Shown: positions 17,277 through 22,223 of the stretch, in pieces
How the letters are laid out: every line of letters starts with the position of its first letter
Numbering within the stretch: position 1 is the stretch's first letter
Virus record (IMG/VR): IMGVR_UViG_3300022468_000772
Location: 1 to 22,223 of that record
Strand: one strand, 5' to 3'
From: a virus
Taxonomy: Duplodnaviria; Heunggongvirae; Uroviricota; Caudoviricetes
Length of the DNA: 22,223 bases
Position numbers and translations under genes: made by a program
The notes under the pieces: generated by a model
Database searches by the model: none
What the model was told of the DNA's origin: nothing
Seen by the model: the letters and a program-made list of their open reading frames with translations, nothing else

Positions 17277-17720
17277 ATGATCATCGACACCTTAAAAACT
17301 TCTCTCGCTAACCACTTTGAGGCAGCACTCACTGTACATGGGTATCACTGGAACGTGGAAGGCGTTGACTTCAAACAATACCATGCATTCTTTGCCGAAA
17401 TCTATACTGATTTTTATGATCAAGTAGACGTACTGGCAGAGTACATTCGCACACTCACAGAAAGTGTCGAATACGTCAATCCAAGCATGGATGTTTTGCA
17501 GAAAAACAAGACCGTCAAAGGTGAACTTATCGTTGGCAATAAAGCTGTCGAAATGTGTAAAGCAATCATTGAATTAAATAATGCTTTGATAGACGACTAT
17601 GCTGCTATTTTTGACGAAGCAACAAAAGAAAAACAACAAGGATTAGCGGATTGGGCTGCTGGTCGTTTAGATAAAGTTTCACGTAACAATTGGATGGTTG
17701 TTGCAATCACTAAGGACTAA
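17277..17720 (+). CDS. dps: Dps family DNA-binding ferritin-like protein
   Basis: HGYHWNVEGVDFKQYHAFFAEIY...DVLAEYIR contains the Dps signature HWN..G..F...H and D-x3-E ferroxidase ligands; 147 aa with a C-terminal WM motif. Confidence 0.92.
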   Translation: MIIDTLKTSLANHFEAALTVHGYHWNVEGVDFKQYHAFFAEIYTDFYDQVDVLAEYIRTLTESVEYVNPSMDVLQKNKTVKGELIVGNKAVEMCKAIIELNNALIDDYAAIFDEATKEKQQGLADWAAGRLDKVSRNNWMVVAITKD

Positions 17721-17722
17721 AA

Positions 17723-19360
17723 ATGAAGTTAGAAAATCTCCACGCATTTATGCACATTAACGCACTGGTAAACGGAACTGCAGAAGTTTTGTTTATGGGT
17801 CAACCTGCTTTGACAATTTCAAAAAGCCCTGAAGGTTTTTGCTGGACAATCAATCACGTGTTTGCAAAACTGTCTTACGGTGCAAACGTTTTATCTGATG
17901 TCCCATATTGCGCAGAGCAATATGAAACTATTGAACATGCTGCTGCAGAAGGTATGGCTAAATTGGAAGAAATGGGTGCATTCAAAACTATCACTGAGTT
18001 ACCAGATGATACATATTCAAATGCTAAGAAATTCGTAGAAGACGACATTGCAACTCATGCACTTAGCAAAGGTGGAATGAATGAATCCATCAAGTATGTT
18101 ACCTCTATTAAACTGCGTACATACAAGCCAGAATTCACTTTCGAATCACTGAGTGAAAAGGTGATTGCAGAATCTGAACTTACTGATGCCGAAAAGATTG
18201 CACGTGCAGAATATGCGCTGATGGGTCAACACATTTTCTATGGCGAACTGGTTAAAGAAGCTGTTATCGTTGATACACCCGCAGAAACCGTGTCAGAAGA
18301 GGCTACAGACGCTCAAATTGAAGAGCCAGTAGCCAAGTCACTGTTTGAATCATTCAAGGCTAGAAAGCTCGAAAAACAAATTGATGAATCGCATCGTTTA
18401 GTTTCTACGCATGATTCTGGAAACCGTACTGCAAAAGTATACAAATGCTCAGATACTGGTGAGCATGTTACTAAGTTTTTCTTAGATGATAAGCATCAAA
18501 AAGATGCTGACTACTTTACCGATGACAAACATGATGCTCAAGGTACTGCAAAACATTGGATCAACCAACAGAAGGTGTCAGAAGAAATCAACGATGATGA
18601 CTATTATGTAGTCGATCCTGCAACAAAAACTATCGTGAGTCGCATTGGTAAGCCAGTGAAACGCATTGATTCATTTATCGATCCAACAACACATCCCGAA
18701 TTCAAGGGCTATGTCAAAAATGATACCCATAAAGTGATGCGGGGTATGAAAGCAAGGTTTGCTGGATTCTTGGAAGAGGCAACAAGGTCTGAATTTGATG
18801 CTAATAATTCTCTTGCGGATAAGCGTTTAGATAAAGACAAATCAGTGCGTATTATCGGCCCATCTGGTGGAACTGTGTCCAAACACACATCTTTGTCCGA
18901 CGCAAAGCGCTCTTTCGTGTTGAAAAAATTCAGCACAAAGACACACAGTATCAAAGAAGACACTGATACAGGTGAAGTTGATATCACTTCTCTATTTGAA
19001 GATAGTGAAGAAGAATACAACAAATGGGTTTCTGATGTTAACAAAAAACATGGCGATAAAAAGCTATCTTTCCGTCATCGCATCGAAAAAGGTTGTCACA
19101 CAACTTCTGCCGAAATTGACGGTCAGGATCGTTCATATGCAGTGTATGACCATGATAAAGATACAGGTCATATCTTTGAAGAATCCGAAGAAATTGTTGG
19201 AGAAGAATTTATCGAAGAGCGTGAACTGACAGATGCTGAAAAAGCTAAAAAAGAGGAAGTGGTTGCAGCACTCAAAGGTCGCAAAGGTTTTGTGTCCAAA
19301 TATGGTAAAGATGCCATCTATGCTGTAGCAACTCAAATGGCTAAAACTGCGGGTGCTTAA
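17723..19360 (+). CDS. Large acidic modular protein, putative internal head protein
   Basis: Many hydrophobic-x-E sites separating short domains. ELTDAEK occurs twice. The C-terminal ERELTDAEKAKKEEVV..LK..GFVSKYGKD.IYAVATQMAK module is one I recognise from T4-like phage proteins. Confidence 0.65.
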   Translation: MKLENLHAFMHINALVNGTAEVLFMGQPALTISKSPEGFCWTINHVFAKLSYGANVLSDVPYCAEQYETIEHAAAEGMAKLEEMGAFKTITELPDDTYSNAKKFVEDDIATHALSKGGMNESIKYVTSIKLRTYKPEFTFESLSEKVIAESELTDAEKIARAEYALMGQHIFYGELVKEAVIVDTPAETVSEEATDAQIEEPVAKSLFESFKARKLEKQIDESHRLVSTHDSGNRTAKVYKCSDTGEHVTKFFLDDKHQKDADYFTDDKHDAQGTAKHWINQQKVSEEINDDDYYVVDPATKTIVSRIGKPVKRIDSFIDPTTHPEFKGYVKNDTHKVMRGMKARFAGFLEEATRSEFDANNSLADKRLDKDKSVRIIGPSGGTVSKHTSLSDAKRSFVLKKFSTKTHSIKEDTDTGEVDITSLFEDSEEEYNKWVSDVNKKHGDKKLSFRHRIEKGCHTTSAEIDGQDRSYAVYDHDKDTGHIFEESEEIVGEEFIEERELTDAEKAKKEEVVAALKGRKGFVSKYGKDAIYAVATQMAKTAGA

Positions 19361-19361
19361 T

Positions 19362-19733
19362 ATGAATCAATATCAAAAATACAAATCACTTATTGAAGGT
19401 GTTGATTATGACTCTGGCAATGGGTATACATCCAGAGTCGTAAAGACAAAGAATGGCAAGTATGTCGCCAAGTTTTTTAAGAATGGTGAGCATATGCATG
19501 ATGCAGATTACGAAGGTGCTGATATGAAAGATGCTCATGAGTTTGCTGCTGATGAAATTGCCCATCGTGAGAAGAAGTTATTTGAGCGTATAAATATGCC
19601 ACAGGGTCATGAAATTGTCCCTGACAAGATCACCGATGGTGCTTTGGAAAAACGTGGTCGTGTCAAAAAGATGATGGGTAATCGTATGCCTATTGAAATT
19701 ATCGCAAGAATTTTGGCTAAAGGAATTAAGTAA
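19362..19733 (+). CDS. Hypothetical protein sharing a domain with 17723..19360
   Basis: The ATG at 19362 follows the upstream stop and is preferred over the GTG at 19353. Contains the DSGN...KFF...H..DADY...D..DA module. Confidence 0.7.
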   Translation: MNQYQKYKSLIEGVDYDSGNGYTSRVVKTKNGKYVAKFFKNGEHMHDADYEGADMKDAHEFAADEIAHREKKLFERINMPQGHEIVPDKITDGALEKRGRVKKMMGNRMPIEIIARILAKGIK

Positions 19734-20164
19734 TGTCTCTATTGAAAACTAAGCCCATCTGGGCACCCTCTGCTGTAGCTACAAGCCTTGGTTGGCAAGA
19801 CCCTGTTACCAAGGAAGTGTTTGTGTCTATTCGTGGTCTGGATGCTCGTTTGGCGGCAGAACATGCAAAGTCGGCACCCGCACCAGTTGTGGAAGTTGCA
19901 GAGCCTGTGAACCCAGATTTGGTGTATCCCGGCGGTGGTTATCTGCCACCCGTTGTATCGCAAGAATCTATTGTTGAAGAAAAGGTGAATGAAGTGATTA
20001 TTGAAAAACAAGAAACCCCTGAAGTTGTCCAAGTTAAAGTACCTGCAAAGCGTGGCCCTAAGCCTAAAGTTAAGGTAAATGAAGTGGTTGAACAACCTGC
20101 AGGTTTGCAAGTGATCGGTGAAGTTGTTGAAGAACAATTCTTAGGTCAAGTTATTGGTGAATAA
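19733..20164 (+). CDS. Hypothetical T4-like protein with a Val/Glu/Pro-rich tail
   Basis: TAATG coupling. N-terminal PIWAPSAVATSLGWQDPVTKEVFVS motif, low-complexity V/E tail with a KRGPKPK basic patch. Confidence 0.7.
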   Translation: MSLLKTKPIWAPSAVATSLGWQDPVTKEVFVSIRGLDARLAAEHAKSAPAPVVEVAEPVNPDLVYPGGGYLPPVVSQESIVEEKVNEVIIEKQETPEVVQVKVPAKRGPKPKVKVNEVVEQPAGLQVIGEVVEEQFLGQVIGE

Positions 20165-20166
20165 CC

Positions 20167-20571
20167 GTGGATCAAAAAATATCACAGTTAGCTAGTGCAT
20201 CAATACTAGCTGCTACTGACCTGATCCCTATTGTTGCGAATGGTACAAATCAGAAAATTACTGCTGGTGTTTTCTGTTTGAATCAACCAAATATTGGCAA
20301 CTCTGGGATTACCAAAAATGTGCCTTTGGTGCCTAATGGCGCAGCACTGCAACTGACTGGAACTCTGATATCAATTACTATTCCAGCAGCTTATACATTA
20401 GGTGCAGGTTTGCAAGGTCAAGAAGTTTTGATTGTTAATACATCGCCTGCCTCCGCATCTGTTGCTTTTAACGTAAGTACAGCCACGTTATCTTCTAAAG
20501 GGTCAATTGGATTGGTTTATATCGGATCAGAGTGGTTTATTAAGTCTTTATATAACTGTGTGATTGCATGA
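20167..20571 (+). CDS. Small virion structural protein
   Basis: GTG start. DQKISQL..AS..AATDLIPIV.NG.NQKIT is a common N-terminal motif of phage structural/decoration proteins. Confidence 0.65.
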   Translation: MDQKISQLASASILAATDLIPIVANGTNQKITAGVFCLNQPNIGNSGITKNVPLVPNGAALQLTGTLISITIPAAYTLGAGLQGQEVLIVNTSPASASVAFNVSTATLSSKGSIGLVYIGSEWFIKSLYNCVIA

Positions 20572-20930
20572 TTATAGATAGTGAAGAAACGTATTTCAGA
20601 TTAGCTTTAAATAGCTATGCAAACCCCTTTACAGTTTCTGTAGAAGAGTTTTCTTCTGATTTGCGAAGAGTAACTTATCTAAAAAATTTACTTAGGCGAT
20701 ATACATTAAATAAATCCGATTTGAATGATAGATTGATTTTAAATCACATCGTTATTCTAGGTAACTGTTTTACACCAAAAACAGCTATTAACCTTATCCG
20801 ATATAAATGTGGATCAGATGCTGACACGTTTTTGTTTTATATGGGCCTAGTTGAAAACGTAGAGAATTTGGATTTTATATTGCTGGATTATTTAGAAAAG
20901 ACACATGGCACAAGACAAACCACTGGTTGA
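20568..20930 (+). CDS. Conserved hypothetical protein of T4-like phages
   Basis: AL.SY.NP....EEF..DLRRV.YLKNLLRRY....L.DRLILNHIVIL.N.F pattern, recognised from cyanophage/pelagiphage-type T4-like genomes. Confidence 0.8.
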   Translation: MIIDSEETYFRLALNSYANPFTVSVEEFSSDLRRVTYLKNLLRRYTLNKSDLNDRLILNHIVILGNCFTPKTAINLIRYKCGSDADTFLFYMGLVENVENLDFILLDYLEKTHGTRQTTG

Positions 20931-21069
20931 AGACGCAGTACCTGTTACTACAACTGCTAATGCAGGCGCGGGGCTGGTATTACCCGAAAAACCTATTTCA
21001 AATAATATTCTATCTAGATTTCGTGAAATGAAGAATTCTCGTTCTCGAAAAAAAGAAAACAATAAATAA
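20905..21069 (+). CDS. 54-aa small protein below the ORF-track cutoff: MAQDKPLVEDAVPVTTTANAGAGLVLPEKPISNNILSRFREMKNSRSRKKENNK
   Basis: Open from the ATG at 20905 to the TAA at 21067-21069. Fills an otherwise empty 170-nt gap. LVE|DA motif followed by a basic tail. Confidence 0.65.
   Translation: MAQDKPLVEDAVPVTTTANAGAGLVLPEKPISNNILSRFREMKNSRSRKKENNK
21061..21068 (+). promoter_or_regulatory. Putative late promoter (AATAAATA) for gp18
   Basis: One mismatch to T4 TATAAATA, 35 nt upstream of the gp18 ATG; GGAG SD at 21090-21093. Confidence 0.55.
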
Positions 21070-21103
21070 ACGATACACACTCATTTTACGGAGCTAATAA
21101 AAT

Positions 21104-22223
21104 ATGGCAACAACATTGCAATCGCCTGGCGTTCAGGTCGTTGAAAAAGACGCATCAATTACCGTTGTCGGCGCATCTACCTCGCTTGGTGGTGCAGTCG
21201 GCGTATTTCAATGGGGGCCTGTTTTGGTTCCTATGCTTGTAGATACCGAAGAAACTCTGGTTTCTATTTTCGGCAAGCCTACAGATAGCACTTTCACTTC
21301 ATTTTTCAATGCTGCGAACTTCTTGGCTTATAGCCGTGGAATGTATGTGATTCGTGCTGCTACTGGTAACACAAACTCGGTATCTTCTGGTACTGCAGTT
21401 CTGATCAATAACTCTGATGCATATGATGCAGCTTACAGTGCTGGTCAAGGTAACGTTGGGCCTTTTGCGGCGCGTTACCCCGGCACAATGGGCAACTCCC
21501 TGTTGGTTTCTATTGCTGACTCCGGTACATTCTCGACATGGGCTTACAAAGACCTGTTCAATAGTGCGCCAAGCACTTCTGACTATGCCGCATCCAAGGG
21601 TGGTTCTAACGATGAATTGCATATTGTGGTTGTGGATGCTGCTGGTAAGTTCTCAGGCACACCAGGAACCGTTTTGGAGCGTTTTGCATATGTGTCCAAG
21701 GGTAGTGACGCTATCTCCTACCAAGGCTTGAATAACTACTACGCAAGCGTTCTGCGTAATCAGTCTAACTTCATCTACTGGATGGATCATCCAGCCGGTG
21801 TTACTGATTGGGGCACATCCGTTATTGGTAATGCATTTGAGACTCTGGTTGATACTGTTGCTGCTGGCTACGACTTCTCGTATCAGTTTGTTGGTGGTAC
21901 CGATGACAATGCACCAACAGACGGTGAATTACAAGCTGCTTGGGATATCTTCAAGGATACCGAACTGTATGACATTTCCCTGTTCCCTGTTGGTACCGTT
22001 CCACACACTGTTGCAAAATATGTGATCGATAATATCGGTGAAGTTCGCCGTGATTGCGTTGTGTTTGCTTCTGCTACTTTGGCTAACGGATCGCCTATTT
22101 TTGGTACCAGTGCAACTAAGTTGACTGATGCTACTGCATTCAAAACTGCAATGGGTGAATCTTCTTACGCATTCTTCGATAGCGGTTTCAAATACCAGTA
22201 CGACAAGTACAACGACAAATACC
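21104..22223 (+). CDS. gp18: Tail sheath protein gp18 (3'-truncated; absent from the ORF track because it has no stop in the window)
   Basis: My translation: MATTLQSPGVQVVEKD...GVFQWGPV...FGKP...FFNAANFLAY..., ARYPGTMGNSL, DELHIVVVD..GKFSGTPGTVLERF, RRDCVVFAS, DSGFKYQYDKYNDKY. Confidence 0.97.
   Translation, partial: MATTLQSPGVQVVEKDASITVVGASTSLGGAVGVFQWGPVLVPMLVDTEETLVSIFGKPTDSTFTSFFNAANFLAYSRGMYVIRAATGNTNSVSSGTAVLINNSDAYDAAYSAGQGNVGPFAARYPGTMGNSLLVSIADSGTFSTWAYKDLFNSAPSTSDYAASKGGSNDELHIVVVDAAGKFSGTPGTVLERFAYVSKGSDAISYQGLNNYYASVLRNQSNFIYWMDHPAGVTDWGTSVIGNAFETLVDTVAAGYDFSYQFVGGTDDNAPTDGELQAAWDIFKDTELYDISLFPVGTVPHTVAKYVIDNIGEVRRDCVVFASATLANGSPIFGTSATKLTDATAFKTAMGESSYAFFDSGFKYQYDKYNDKY

Noticed and set aside
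1448-22143. Minus-strand and alternate-frame ORFs in the track (e.g. 8168..8533, 11835..12257, 19739..20137, 21299..21622, 21417..21731)
   Set aside because: All overlap well-supported + strand genes, including the untracked gp18, and show no recognisable motifs. They are shadow ORFs.
1-22223. Stop-codon reassignment (no accepted gene ends in TAG)
   Set aside because: All conserved genes are intact under the standard code with no in-frame TAG or TGA interruptions. TAA preference is expected in an AT-rich phage.
1-22223. CRISPR arrays, tRNAs, introns/inteins, homing endonucleases, invertase-flanked cassettes, intrinsic terminators
   Set aside because: Intergenic gaps are all under about 50 nt. 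I saw no repeat-spacer pattern, cloverleaf, HNH/GIY-YIG/LAGLIDADG motif, recombinase gene or convincing GC hairpin with a U-tract.

Overview
This window is part of the late (virion structural) gene region of a large T4-like myophage, AT-rich, with all credible genes on the + strand and tightly packed or overlapping. Positions 1-8948 hold about 12 tail-fibre/adhesin-type genes: two paralogous LamG/SPRY-type fibre proteins, a Gly-rich fibre, a C1q-like domain, a cupin fusion, a tail-collar fibre and paired chaperone-like proteins. Next come a probable gp29-like baseplate hub/tape-measure gene and the neck/tail-completion genes gp13, gp14 and gp15, then the small terminase gp16. gp13 is flanked by five small membrane-protein genes and a GH24 lysozyme, i.e. 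a lysis cassette sits between gp13 and gp14. Between gp16 and the tail sheath gp18 (21104 to the window end, missed by the ORF track) there is no gp17. That interval instead holds a Dps/ferritin-like gene and acidic modular proteins resembling protease-processed internal head proteins. gp15 appears to start at a non-canonical ATT codon, and ATTAAATA looks like the late-promoter motif. All family assignments come from recognising motifs by eye; no database search was run.
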